From positions 1 through 43,552 of the forward strand of contig CAWAPJ010000004.1 of the NCBI GenBank assembly GCA_963783885.1: a DNA stretch of 43,552 nucleotides, read 5' to 3'. Position 1 is the stretch's first letter. Every line of letters begins with the position of its first letter. The DNA is from Waddliaceae bacterium (GTDB lineage: Bacteria; Chlamydiota; Chlamydiia; Chlamydiales; SLFE01). The notes below the pieces were generated by a model, which saw only the letters and a program-made list of their open reading frames with translations, did not search any database and had not been told where the DNA came from. The position numbers and the translations under genes were made by a program. Shown one piece after another: positions 8,648 through 18,530 of this stretch.

Positions 8648-9514
8648 ATGAAAATTGCGGGTTTTATTTTTTTGCTTTTTTTGGCCTCTTCAATCGAGGC
8701 CAAAATCGAACCTATCGAAAGGCTGGGAGTCTATGGAGACGGCCTCAATATGGAAGGGGGGCTGATTCCCCGCCGCTCCCTTAAGGATCATCAGATTTGG
8801 GCCAATGTCTGCTTTGTCCTTGACAGACCGCTTATAGACAAGACAGACCTCGACGAGATCACAGCCAGCAATCCCTATCGGCTCAAAGAATCCTCAATCC
8901 CAGGCTATAATGAATGCCGCGCAGCGCTCGTCCAAGCGCTTATCATGAAATATTATCTCGCAAAGCAAAACTACGGACACATTATTTTGAATGTTCACCG
9001 CAACAGCTCGGGTCCCCGCCACTTAGACGATCTCGAAACAATACTCATAAAATGCTTAGATGAAATGGATATCCACAAGGCAGGCCCAAGAAAATTTCAG
9101 TGCGGATCCACGACACTTGAGCTGCAATCCGGCACAAAAAATTTGAGCGGCTATGAACACGCTGATGTTGTGATTTCGATTAGCCTGGTTGCCGGCTTCA
9201 ATCCCGAATGGCCGGCTGGTACTGCGATCATTCCCTCAAAATTCACCCCGTTTGATGTTCATAGCATGATTGTGGCAGAATCGGGCACCTTTGAAACTAA
9301 CAATCACTTAAGGTTCGCCATTGACGATGTGTTATCCTTGCAAAGCAAGCATCTTATTGACAATATCAACCGGGAATTTCACTCTCCTAATCCTGAGAAA
9401 GCCAATTTAAAAACCGCCAGATTAACGAAAAAGGATTTTAAGGAAGGACGAATGCTGCAAGTCAGCGGAATGTTCTATCCCAAACAAATTCCCACAACTT
9501 TCGAGGTTTATTAA
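8648..9514 (+). CDS. Hypothetical secreted protein, possible nucleoside phosphorylase-like fold
   Basis: Signal peptide ending IEA; DVVISISLVAGFNPEWPAGTAIIP weakly resembles the PNP/MTAN motif. Confidence 0.65.
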   Translation: MKIAGFIFLLFLASSIEAKIEPIERLGVYGDGLNMEGGLIPRRSLKDHQIWANVCFVLDRPLIDKTDLDEITASNPYRLKESSIPGYNECRAALVQALIMKYYLAKQNYGHIILNVHRNSSGPRHLDDLETILIKCLDEMDIHKAGPRKFQCGSTTLELQSGTKNLSGYEHADVVISISLVAGFNPEWPAGTAIIPSKFTPFDVHSMIVAESGTFETNNHLRFAIDDVLSLQSKHLIDNINREFHSPNPEKANLKTARLTKKDFKEGRMLQVSGMFYPKQIPTTFEVY

Positions 9515-9516
9515 TA

Positions 9517-11415
9517 ATGAATTCCGTTTCTCTTAATCCACATGAGCCTTTTAAAAAAGGCTTATCTCAAAATCAAAAAGAAAATCGCGACAAAATCAAA
9601 AAAGCATTAACAATCCTGCAAAACGATGGTTTACCCGCAAACCAATTGTGCGACTCGCTTCGATTTGACATTTTGCTGGTTATTTCCAATGGAGGAGGGT
9701 TTTTCCCTTCCTATATGGTTCTCCAAAGAATGTTGGAAAAATATATCACTGTAAAAGACATGAAATTTCAGGATAAGAACTGGAAGCAGCTTTCCTCACT
9801 GATTGCAGATACAGAGACAAAGATCATCAAACAATGCGCCATTTCTCTTCACGACTCCTTTTTGAAAAGCAAAAATAAACTTCTAGGAAATTCACTTCTT
9901 GTTCTTTTAAGTCTTTTTTTAAATGACACTTCCTCTCCCCCTAAAATTGATTTCTGTTCGATCAAACAAGTGAAAGAGAGAATAGAAAAACTGCTGAACA
10001 ATTATACTAAGGAAAAAGGTATCAGATTTATCGAGTTTTTGCTGCTTGACTCTTTTGATGGCGAAGAGGATCTGTTTTTGTCCTATATCGATAATCGACG
10101 GTTTATTGATTATACAACGGAAGCGTTGATTTCGATTCCTTTTTCCGATTGGAGTAGAAAAGAAGCCGTTTTGATCAATTTCTTGTCATCGATCGATAAA
10201 CCCCATCAAATGGAAGTCTCCAAAACATTGAAAAGATCGGAACATGAAATCAAGACATGCGAGATCGGCTGCTACTTGGTCAAAATATTTGAGTCGGCAA
10301 CATTTACCGAAGCACTCCCTTCCCTGCAAAAAATCCCTCCGCTGCTTCCCAGTTTCACAGAAACCGATTGCATGAAGATATTCAAACTCCCCTTCCCTGC
10401 ATTCCGCGCAATACATCAAACTGAATTGGGCCCCTCCATTGTCCGCCTTGGGTTCAATGATAAAGCAAAAGTTCTTGTCAACGGCACTTATCTCTATAGC
10501 TCGTACAAGTCTCCTGACAATCGGCATTGGTTTATCGCCTATGATACTCATACGCATTCCCTTTCATGGGGAATAGAAATTCCGGGAACATTGATCGATT
10601 TCGCTCAATCAGATGATGCGATAGGCCTAATTCTAAAATCGTCTTCTTATAAGCTCCTTTTATTGAATCCGAAAAACGGTGAAACGGTCAGCCACGACGA
10701 TTTGCCAATCGCAAAGCATATGCAAATTGAATCAGCATTTATTTGCCAAAATTATTGCTTCATGACACTTTATGATTATGGAAATAAGTATCTCTACGGT
10801 ATGTCATATACAAAAAGTATGTGGAAAAAATCTTTTAAAAAGCCCTTCACCCACTTCAATATTAGGCAAATCGGCGATTTTATACTTTACCCGGATTTTA
10901 AAGATTCCATTTTGCGTGTGATCAATCAAAAAGGAAAAGTGCTTAAACTCCAACATTTCTATGATGCCATCACCCATCAAGGCAAATTATACGCTGTGAA
11001 AAAGAAGGGTGCCAGCTATTTTATTTATCAATACGATGCCCCTAAAGCAACAAACTTCAAACTCCGCTCTCCGCTAAACCAATTTGGACTTTCGGGTCTG
11101 CCTCTGAAATTCATAGGAGTCATGGAACCGGGAAAATGTCTCTGCTTGACAGATGATGATCGGCTATGCTTTGTTGACTTTGATTATCACAAGACTTCTA
11201 CCAGCGAATTTATTATGAAACACCAGAATATCATTCTCAATTGTGAAGCCAACAATTGCTATACATGGAATCCCGATACAAGGAAAATCACAAAAGTAGC
11301 TCCCGGAGAATGCCGGGACATCATCACTTTTAAAGGAAATGAGAAAATAAAATTTGTCTATGCAGACAAAACCAGTCTCTATACTTTAAGTCTCAATAGT
11401 GATACAATGAACTAA
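9517..11415 (+). CDS. Hypothetical protein with helical N-half and beta-rich C-half
   Basis: 632-aa ORF, AT-rich, no recognisable motif. Confidence 0.75.
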   Translation: MNSVSLNPHEPFKKGLSQNQKENRDKIKKALTILQNDGLPANQLCDSLRFDILLVISNGGGFFPSYMVLQRMLEKYITVKDMKFQDKNWKQLSSLIADTETKIIKQCAISLHDSFLKSKNKLLGNSLLVLLSLFLNDTSSPPKIDFCSIKQVKERIEKLLNNYTKEKGIRFIEFLLLDSFDGEEDLFLSYIDNRRFIDYTTEALISIPFSDWSRKEAVLINFLSSIDKPHQMEVSKTLKRSEHEIKTCEIGCYLVKIFESATFTEALPSLQKIPPLLPSFTETDCMKIFKLPFPAFRAIHQTELGPSIVRLGFNDKAKVLVNGTYLYSSYKSPDNRHWFIAYDTHTHSLSWGIEIPGTLIDFAQSDDAIGLILKSSSYKLLLLNPKNGETVSHDDLPIAKHMQIESAFICQNYCFMTLYDYGNKYLYGMSYTKSMWKKSFKKPFTHFNIRQIGDFILYPDFKDSILRVINQKGKVLKLQHFYDAITHQGKLYAVKKKGASYFIYQYDAPKATNFKLRSPLNQFGLSGLPLKFIGVMEPGKCLCLTDDDRLCFVDFDYHKTSTSEFIMKHQNIILNCEANNCYTWNPDTRKITKVAPGECRDIITFKGNEKIKFVYADKTSLYTLSLNSDTMN

Positions 11416-11431
11416 AAAAGGGCCAAAATCT

Positions 11432-12073
11432 ATGTCAGATCCCCAACCATTAGGCATGCAGTACCGCTCCCATCCATGGCATGGGTTGTCAATCGGCGAA
11501 AAGGCCCCCGAAATTGTCAATTGCTATATCGAGATTGTCCCTTCGGACAATGTTAAATATGAGTTGGATAAAGAGACGGGCATCCTCAAAATCGACAGGC
11601 CGCAGCAATATTCGAGCATGTGCCCCACACTTTACGGTTTGCTTCCCCAAACATATGCCGGGACGAGAGTAGCCGACTACTGCAGCCAAAAAACCGGAAT
11701 TCAAAATATTGTCGGAGACGGTGACCCCCTAGACATTTGCGTTCTCACGGAATACGACATCCCTCGCGGCGATATCTTTTTAAAAGCAAGGCCTATAGGG
11801 GGATTCCGCCTGCTCGATGGCGAAGAGTCCGATGATAAAATTATCGCTGTCATGATCGGCGACTTTCTCTATCAAGACTTCCGGGATATTCACGAGTGCC
11901 CCGAGAATCTCATAGAACGTTTGCGCCATTATTTTTTAACCTACAAAGATTCTCCGGAACATAAACACAGCAAAGTGCGGATCACCCATACTTATGGCGT
12001 AGAAGAGGCCCGGGAAGTGATCAATCTCTCCCGTCAGGATTATGACTCGCAAATAAAATCCAATAAAAAATGA
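11432..12073 (+). CDS. ppa: Inorganic pyrophosphatase (family I)
   Basis: HPWHG, KYELDK, YGLLPQTY, GDGDPLDICVL, DDKIIAV. Confidence 0.95.
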   Translation: MSDPQPLGMQYRSHPWHGLSIGEKAPEIVNCYIEIVPSDNVKYELDKETGILKIDRPQQYSSMCPTLYGLLPQTYAGTRVADYCSQKTGIQNIVGDGDPLDICVLTEYDIPRGDIFLKARPIGGFRLLDGEESDDKIIAVMIGDFLYQDFRDIHECPENLIERLRHYFLTYKDSPEHKHSKVRITHTYGVEEAREVINLSRQDYDSQIKSNKK

Positions 12074-13212
12074 TCTCGGTCCTGCCCTGCGATAAAAGAG
12101 AGTCCTGCAGATGGGTGAGTTCCTGAGGGAATCGTCACCTGTGGAAGGCGGCAAATTCCCGATATTGATGTCAGGGCCAAGGCTCTTGGATAATAATTTC
12201 CAAATGTCCTGTCAACTCCAAGAGACCCTTTTATGGGAGCAAATGCCGGAGTTGTAGGAAGGCAGAGCAAATCCTTCGGTCCTAAAAATTCATTCAATTT
12301 CTTAAAGTAGCTCTCTCTATTTTTGACAGCTTCCGCAAGATCCGAACGGTCAAAAGTTTTAGCATGTTCGAAATTGGATTTTGTTCTTTGTCCAAACGTT
12401 GGATGGACGAATTCAATCCAGCTGCCCAGTGAGGCCCAAATCTCTTCCCATTGAATGATGGTAAAAACTTTGAGCCAGTCATCGAGAAGAGAACTGGGGT
12501 ATCCCAATATATCACTTAATGAAACCTGCTGAAGGCGACCCAAAGTGCCCAGTTTTTGCCTCAAGGATTGTTTGATCTCATCATCGGCCAGTTCAAAAGC
12601 CTCTTTTAACAAATAGATGTTTTCATATGTGTCCTGGGCCGATGATTCCGGCAGTAAAACACTGGCAACATCCTTCATCAACTTTGCCGATGAGGCCGCG
12701 ACTCCGACAGTATCGAATGTAGGGGCAAAAGGAATGACTCCTGAAACAGATATCCTTCCATGAGTGGGGCGATAGCCATAGATACCACAATTGCTTGCCG
12801 GCACCCGTATCGAGCCGCCGGTATCTGTGCCTAGGGCAAAATCACAAAGCCCCTGAGCGACTGCCGAAGCCGATCCGCTTGAAGAGCCTCCAGGAACGCG
12901 GTCAGGAGAGGAGGGATTCAAGGGGGTCCCGTAAAAAGTATTTTCCCCGTCTAAACTGAACGCGAGTTCATCTGTTATTGTTTTCCCCACAAACTCTGCC
13001 CCGCTTCTTAAACATAATTCAACGCTTGGCGCAGAAGAAGCGGCAGGAAAGGAATGAAATTTTTTCCAATCGGGATTCCCTCCGCCTGTTACCATCCCCT
13101 TGACTTCAAAAAGATCTTTAACCCCAAAAGTATAGCCCGATAAAAGTCCTTTACCGATAGGAGGTATTGTGAGCCGTTCAACAAAAGGGTCTGCAGGATT
13201 AGACTCTAGCAT
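12040..13212 (-). CDS. Amidase signature family enzyme
   Basis: VKDLF, PGGSSSGSA, LGTDTGGSIRVPAS; probable start at ATG 13212. Confidence 0.92.
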   Translation of the reverse strand: MLESNPADPFVERLTIPPIGKGLLSGYTFGVKDLFEVKGMVTGGGNPDWKKFHSFPAASSAPSVELCLRSGAEFVGKTITDELAFSLDGENTFYGTPLNPSSPDRVPGGSSSGSASAVAQGLCDFALGTDTGGSIRVPASNCGIYGYRPTHGRISVSGVIPFAPTFDTVGVAASSAKLMKDVASVLLPESSAQDTYENIYLLKEAFELADDEIKQSLRQKLGTLGRLQQVSLSDILGYPSSLLDDWLKVFTIIQWEEIWASLGSWIEFVHPTFGQRTKSNFEHAKTFDRSDLAEAVKNRESYFKKLNEFLGPKDLLCLPTTPAFAPIKGSLGVDRTFGNYYPRALALTSISGICRLPQVTIPSGTHPSAGLSFIAGQDRDHFLLDFICES

Positions 13213-13687
13213 CTGCTTTCGCCGCCCATATATATGCAAGAAGTGACAAGAGAATAATCGGAATGATCAAATCATTAAACCAGACGAACACACCAATGTT
13301 GAGCGGAGCGACATCTCCATGCTGCCACTGTATCATATGGACTGAAAATGCCCCTACCACCAGAATGCTGAATCCAAGAATAGTCGCCACCCAAAACTTC
13401 CCCCGAAGCCAAACCGAAAGCACGCCCAATACCCCATAGGATAGATTCGCCATGCCGATTTCGGATTGAAAAGGACTTCCGGCGGCCCAGCCAATCTGCC
13501 TTGCCGTGGCCTCTGCGTTAAAGAGGTGGACATAGAAAGCCAGAAGTGCCATCACTCCGACGTTAAAGAAGAGAATATACACCAAAAAAATTTCTGCAAT
13601 ACGAGGACCTCGTGCCTTCCCGACAAAAATATGGATAACCGCCAAAACGATCGCGACGATAAATAACCAAAACGAAAGCATATTCAC
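13199..13687 (-). CDS. Integral membrane protein (DUF6790-like)
   Basis: Multi-TM protein with A..IGW...SPFQ.EIG.AN motif. Confidence 0.75.
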   Translation of the reverse strand: MNMLSFWLFIVAIVLAVIHIFVGKARGPRIAEIFLVYILFFNVGVMALLAFYVHLFNAEATARQIGWAAGSPFQSEIGMANLSYGVLGVLSVWLRGKFWVATILGFSILVVGAFSVHMIQWQHGDVAPLNIGVFVWFNDLIIPIILLSLLAYIWAAKADARV

Positions 13688-13725
13688 CCCTTGTAGTTTT
13701 TCAACTTCTTTATTAAATAAAGATT

Positions 13726-15003
13726 ATGAGTCGATTTTTCAAGACAAAGTTTTTAAAATCCCTTCCCTATATAATAATCTTATTATCAACTGCTTTCTGG
13801 CTATCAGGCGGTATTCCAGGAAGAATCACACGCTTTGGCCAGCTGCTGGGAATTATCGGCTACTCGTTTTTCTCTATTTCACTTCTTTTGAGCACTAGAA
13901 TCCGGTGGATGGAATCCCTGTTTGGAGGCCTTGACAAGGTTTACCATCTCCACCACCGCCTAGGGACGATAGGATTTATCTGCTTAATCGCCCACCCTTT
14001 AATTCTGTCACTCAAATGGCTGTCGCAAAATCCCTATAAAACTCTGACTTTTCTTCTTCCCGTTCATCGTAGAATCGCAGTAAATGTGGGGGTTTGGGCC
14101 TTCTGGGTGTTAACCATCATCCTCATCTTGACTTATTTAAAGCTGCTTCCTTATGACAAGTGGAAAATCCTCCACGCTTTTCTTGCCGCTGTTTTTATAC
14201 TCGCTGCTTTCCATGTATTTCTGGTTCCCGGGCACACATCAACTGCTCTGCTTGTTTACCTGGGATTCGTCACTGCCATCGGGCTCTTTGGGGCAATTTA
14301 TAGAAACTTTCTTTTTTCCTCGCTTCACAAGCCCCTTAGCTTCCAAGTTCAGAAGATTATTCGCCGCACCAGCAGAGTTGTCGAAATCATCCTCTCTTCT
14401 GAATCCGACGTTTTGACTTACAAATCCGGCCAGTTTGTCTTTGTTTCGTTCAAATCCCCCAAACTGACCACTGAACAACACCCCTTTACACTCTGCATGC
14501 CTCCCGCATCGCCGACAAAGTCCATTTCAGTGAAAGCACTTGGCGACTTTACCACCGGCCTCATAGAAAATCTGCAAACAGGAGATACAGCTTTGATAGA
14601 AGGTCCTTACGGAGTGTTCAACTACCTGCCGCTAAGCAAAAATCAGGTATGGATCGCAGGAGGCATTGGAATCACCCCTTTTTTATGTTGGGCAAGAGAA
14701 ATGGAGGCGTGTCCCAAGGCTGTAGACCTCTATTACTGCGTTCCTTTCGCTGAAGAGAGCGCCTTCATGGATGAGTTTCAGAATCTGGAGAAACGCTTTC
14801 CAAACTTTAGTATCAGAAATATTTGCACTCGTTCCCAAGGCCACATAACCGCCGATCAAATCAAAAAAGACTTGGGAGATTTAAGCGAAAGGGATATCTA
14901 TATGTGCGGACCCATTCGAATGACAGCCGATTTGAAAAGCCAATTCCTCAAAATGGGCATTCCTGAACACCAGATCCATTTTGAGGATTTCGAATTCGTC
15001 TAA
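13726..15003 (+). CDS. Ferric reductase-like transmembrane protein with FAD/NAD-binding domain
   Basis: TM histidines (LHHRLG, AHP, LHA, FHV), HPFT, IEGPYG, IAGGIGITPF, YMCGP. Confidence 0.92.
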   Translation: MSRFFKTKFLKSLPYIIILLSTAFWLSGGIPGRITRFGQLLGIIGYSFFSISLLLSTRIRWMESLFGGLDKVYHLHHRLGTIGFICLIAHPLILSLKWLSQNPYKTLTFLLPVHRRIAVNVGVWAFWVLTIILILTYLKLLPYDKWKILHAFLAAVFILAAFHVFLVPGHTSTALLVYLGFVTAIGLFGAIYRNFLFSSLHKPLSFQVQKIIRRTSRVVEIILSSESDVLTYKSGQFVFVSFKSPKLTTEQHPFTLCMPPASPTKSISVKALGDFTTGLIENLQTGDTALIEGPYGVFNYLPLSKNQVWIAGGIGITPFLCWAREMEACPKAVDLYYCVPFAEESAFMDEFQNLEKRFPNFSIRNICTRSQGHITADQIKKDLGDLSERDIYMCGPIRMTADLKSQFLKMGIPEHQIHFEDFEFV

Positions 15004-15023
15004 CTTCTCTTATGCCAGACGAC
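15000..15023 (+). repeat. 24-bp direct repeat, left copy (CTAACTTCTCTTATGCCAGACGAC)
   Basis: Identical to 19173-19196. Confidence 0.92.
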
Positions 15024-15028
15024 ATTTA

Positions 15029-15189
15029 ACCCCTGATTGTCACCCTAATCCGCAGCGAGCGCTCTAGAAAATGATTAGATTTTTCAGCTTCTGAGGAAGG
15101 CATGTCTTCAGACATGGCTGACGAAGAAGATGGAAAAGATGATTATTTCCTAGAGATGTCTCACTGCGGATTAGGGCACAATCAGGGGT
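15029..15189. mobile_element. Palindromic MITE related to the IS982 ends
   Basis: Ends ACCCCTGATTGT / ACAATCAGGGGT, TTA on both flanks, whole 161 bp is an imperfect palindrome with apex CATGTCT-TC-AGACATG. Confidence 0.8.
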
Positions 15190-15302
15190 TTAAGTGATCG
15201 GCGCGAAAATCATAGTCGATATCTACAAAAGTTGATTTTGTCTTTACAATTAAAGACTTCAACCGTATATTTTTCCTCAGTTTCAATCCAATAGGAGGTT
15301 AT

Positions 15303-15701
15303 ATGAAAATGTGACTGCTGTTATCAATGTTCATACTACTTTTTGTTTTTACTTCAGTAAATGCAATTGATGAATCGATTTGCATTAAGAAAAATAAGTC
15401 AAGTTATTCTGAAGATACTTTCGAAAAACTTTATGTTCAACCTGAAGAAGTTCTTATCAATGAAAATGGAATCTTTTTCATAAGTGATGAAACAATCTTC
15501 CGTATTAGTTCACTTCACCATGACGCACAAGGCATTTATTTTCTAAAAAGCCCTGATTATGCATTGATCTGTCCTAAAGGCCATGAAATCTCATGCATGG
15601 CTTGTATGGGTTGTGAAGGATGGGCTGTTAGTTGTCCCTACAGATGCAGATGCTTAATGGTTTGGAAAGAAGTAATTTTCCTTCCAAACCGAACTTTTTA
15701 A
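15303..15701 (+). pseudogene. Small secreted protein with Cys-rich C-terminus and an in-frame TGA at codon 4
   Basis: AGGAGG RBS, then ATG-AAA-ATG-TGA-CTG in frame with ORF 15327-15701 (CPKGH..C..C..C....CPYRCRC); could also restart at ATG 15327. Confidence 0.6.
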
Positions 15702-17093
15702 AGTTAGATTTGAATAAGAATGAGTTATTATGAAAACGTTTATTTTCTTTCTTATAATTTTGTTATTTAAATTTCCAATTTTTCCAATAGAAATCAATAA
15801 TGAAGACAGATTAGTTTTAGAAAAATTCTTTAAAACACTTTTTGAAAATAGCGAATGCGGTTATGTTCTTTTCAACAAAAAGCCCTTATGCACCAACGGA
15901 TTTTGGATTGAAGATCCTATATTTCCCGGTTTAGAATTTCATGAAAGGAATGTCTATTTAAAAGAAGGGGCGTATCTATGGAAAAAATTAAACCTTCCGC
16001 TTAAGACACAATACTCTCTTATCGTTAGCAATTCCTTCAATGAGTATGATGAAAATATCAAGGACATTCACTTTATTCATCGAGATCTTTTATTTAAAAC
16101 AATCAATGACGAGATAACTCTGTTTAAATACATTCTAGGACCTGATGTAACAGCTGATCAAATTTTATCGAAGCTTTTGAGTCCAGAAACAAACTTAGGC
16201 CAATTACTCAATCAGGACAACGCCCTGATGGGCATTATCTTAGGATTTGGAACACAAAATTCATTGATTGGCAGCCGTATGGAACAACTGCTCAAGCAGT
16301 TCTCTTCTGCCGAAATTCCTCCATTAAAACCTCTAGCAGAACGTCTGGTTGATAATGAACTCTTGGAAAAAATTCCATATTTATCAAATAGAGGCTATTC
16401 TCTATTCGTTGATTCAAAAAAGCCCATCGAGCAAAATGAATTAATTCCTTCATTAGGCTATGATTCCGTGTTTCAAGAGTATATAACACTATCTCAAAAG
16501 GTGACAAATTCATCGGAGAAACTCGATACTGAAAAACCCTGGTTTATCTTTACTCGATTAAAAAATGATCCTGAATCTGTTAAACTGGTAAAAGATCTTG
16601 AAGCCACTCAAGAAGCAATTCAAGAACTTTTAAATTCGCAAAACTTTTTTCCAAATACACTACAAACTATTGTCTCTGACAAAATCACTTTCCAACATTT
16701 GAATTCACCATCAATTCTTTCATTGACTTTTGATGAAATCCATGCACTTCCCTCTATTATTGCTGTGAATATCTACCGTTTGACGAATGAAGAAAATGAT
16801 GAATACTGACAGTCTTTTTTAAAAGGAATGCATGACGCAGAAAATAATACCCCTCCTCCTTCTTATAATAGAAAAATGCTCGCAAAATTATTTTATGATA
16901 ACAAATTCGCAAAAAATTTAAAAAAAGCACAAGATAATTTACTGCAATGCAGTCAACATTTCGAGAAATTAAATGAGAGCAATTTTTATTGCGTATCTCC
17001 CAAAAAACTCTACTATATGATAACTAAGCAAGGCGTTGTTGCATAAATCACCACTGAGACCACCGAGCTCACTGAGAGATTATGAGAGAGGAA

Positions 17094-17501
17094 TTAAATG
17101 ATTAGACGCCTAATCCCATTTTTTAGAAGTTTTACATTGAAATTGATGAGCAAACCTCTGCCACCGCCATTATGCTTAAGATAGGATAGAAGTTGGGCCT
17201 CATGAACAGGCAAGAGATTGGCCACAGATTTTATCTCCAAAATAACCTTATCTTCCACTATCATATCGATCCGGTAGCCTGAGTCTAGCTTTTTATCACG
17301 ATAAATAATAGGTACTGGTATCTGCCGGTTAACTTTCAAACCCGCAAGGTTCAACTCGTAGCAAAGACAAGTTTCGTATGTCGATTCAAGCAAGCCTGGA
17401 CCTAATCTTCGATGAACTTCAATCGCAGCACCTATGATTTCCCCTGTTAAAAGGTCATTTCTTTTTTGGTTGGCTTCTTCAGTTGTGTGGGTACTAGTCA
17501 T
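17094..17501 (-). CDS. GxxExxY family protein (PD-(D/E)XK nuclease-like)
   Basis: IIGAAIEVHRRLGPGLLESTYE, YRIDMIVEDKVILEIKSV, AQLLSYLK, GLLINFN. Confidence 0.93.
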   Translation of the reverse strand: MTSTHTTEEANQKRNDLLTGEIIGAAIEVHRRLGPGLLESTYETCLCYELNLAGLKVNRQIPVPIIYRDKKLDSGYRIDMIVEDKVILEIKSVANLLPVHEAQLLSYLKHNGGGRGLLINFNVKLLKNGIRRLII

Positions 17502-17585
17502 CTTTTCTCCAAAAAGGGCGAATGCGAGCTTGCCGACAAATACCTAATACTCTAATTTTTAGTTGCAACAAATTGGAGGATCAAG

Positions 17586-18530
17586 ATGAAGGCAAAATAT
17601 CGCATTCGCAACTGGAACGACTATAACAAATCTCTTATTCAAAGGGGAAGCATAACTGTTTGGTTTTCTGAAGATGCTATCAATAAGTGGATGGCTCCAA
17701 AAGAAATAGGAAAAAAGGGGCGTCCAAAACTCTATTCTGATGACGCTATTCTCACCGCGCTCATTATTCGATCGGTTTTTCATCTTCCATTGAGAGCACT
17801 CGAAGGATTTTTGACATCTCTTGTTATGATTTTATCTGTTGGTTTATCGATTCCTTCTTATACTCAAATTTGTCGGAGAGCTAAGTTGTTGGGGCAAGAG
17901 TTGAAGAAACTTTCGAAAAAAAAAGTCACCAATATTGTAATCGATTCAACCGGTTTGAAAGTGTACGGAGAGGGTGAATGGAAAGTTAGGCAGCATGGAA
18001 TCAGTAAAAGGCGAACATGGAGAAAGCTCCATCTGGCAGTCTGCCCTGACTCTCACGAAATTATTTTCGAAATTCTTACTGAAAATAACGTTGCAGATTG
18101 TGAAGTGTATCCAAAACTTCTCGAGGTAATGCCGAAATCAGTTAAGCGCACATATGGAGATGGGGCTTATGATACTAAGCGATGCTATGCTGCAAATGTA
18201 GTTCACGGCTCAATTCCTATTATTCCACCCAATAGGAATGCTGTTTTTCGAGAAAACATATCTCCTTCTTGGAAGATGCGGAATATCAGTTTGCTGGAAA
18301 TTTCAGGTTTAGGAGGTGATGATGATGCAAGAAAATTATGGAAAAAGTTGAAAGGTTATCATCGTCGATCACTTGCAGAAACAGCCATGTTTAGATTTAA
18401 ACGATTCTTTGGAAATGATTTAAGAAGTAGAACTCTGGAAACCCAAAGGGCTGAATCAAGGGCAAAATGTGAAGCACTAAATATAATGACAAAGCTGGGA
18501 ATGCCTGAAAGTGAATTAATAGCAGCTTAA
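17586..18530 (+). CDS. IS5-family (IS903-like) transposase
   Basis: NWNDYNKSLIQRGSITVW, IDSTGLKVYGEGEW, RRTWRKLHLAV, GDGAYD, YHRRSLAETAMFRFK. Confidence 0.95.
   Translation: MKAKYRIRNWNDYNKSLIQRGSITVWFSEDAINKWMAPKEIGKKGRPKLYSDDAILTALIIRSVFHLPLRALEGFLTSLVMILSVGLSIPSYTQICRRAKLLGQELKKLSKKKVTNIVIDSTGLKVYGEGEWKVRQHGISKRRTWRKLHLAVCPDSHEIIFEILTENNVADCEVYPKLLEVMPKSVKRTYGDGAYDTKRCYAANVVHGSIPIIPPNRNAVFRENISPSWKMRNISLLEISGLGGDDDARKLWKKLKGYHRRSLAETAMFRFKRFFGNDLRSRTLETQRAESRAKCEALNIMTKLGMPESELIAA

Noticed and set aside
8371-8784. 137-aa ORF overlapping 8399-8638 and 8648-9514
   Set aside because: Alternative frame without RBS; the two overlapped genes have better starts and protein-like features
17560-17572. 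TTGCAACAAA as an internal left TIR of a smaller IS
   Set aside because: Only about 8 bp match, in the wrong orientation for a left end, and the 9-bp duplication defines the outer ends
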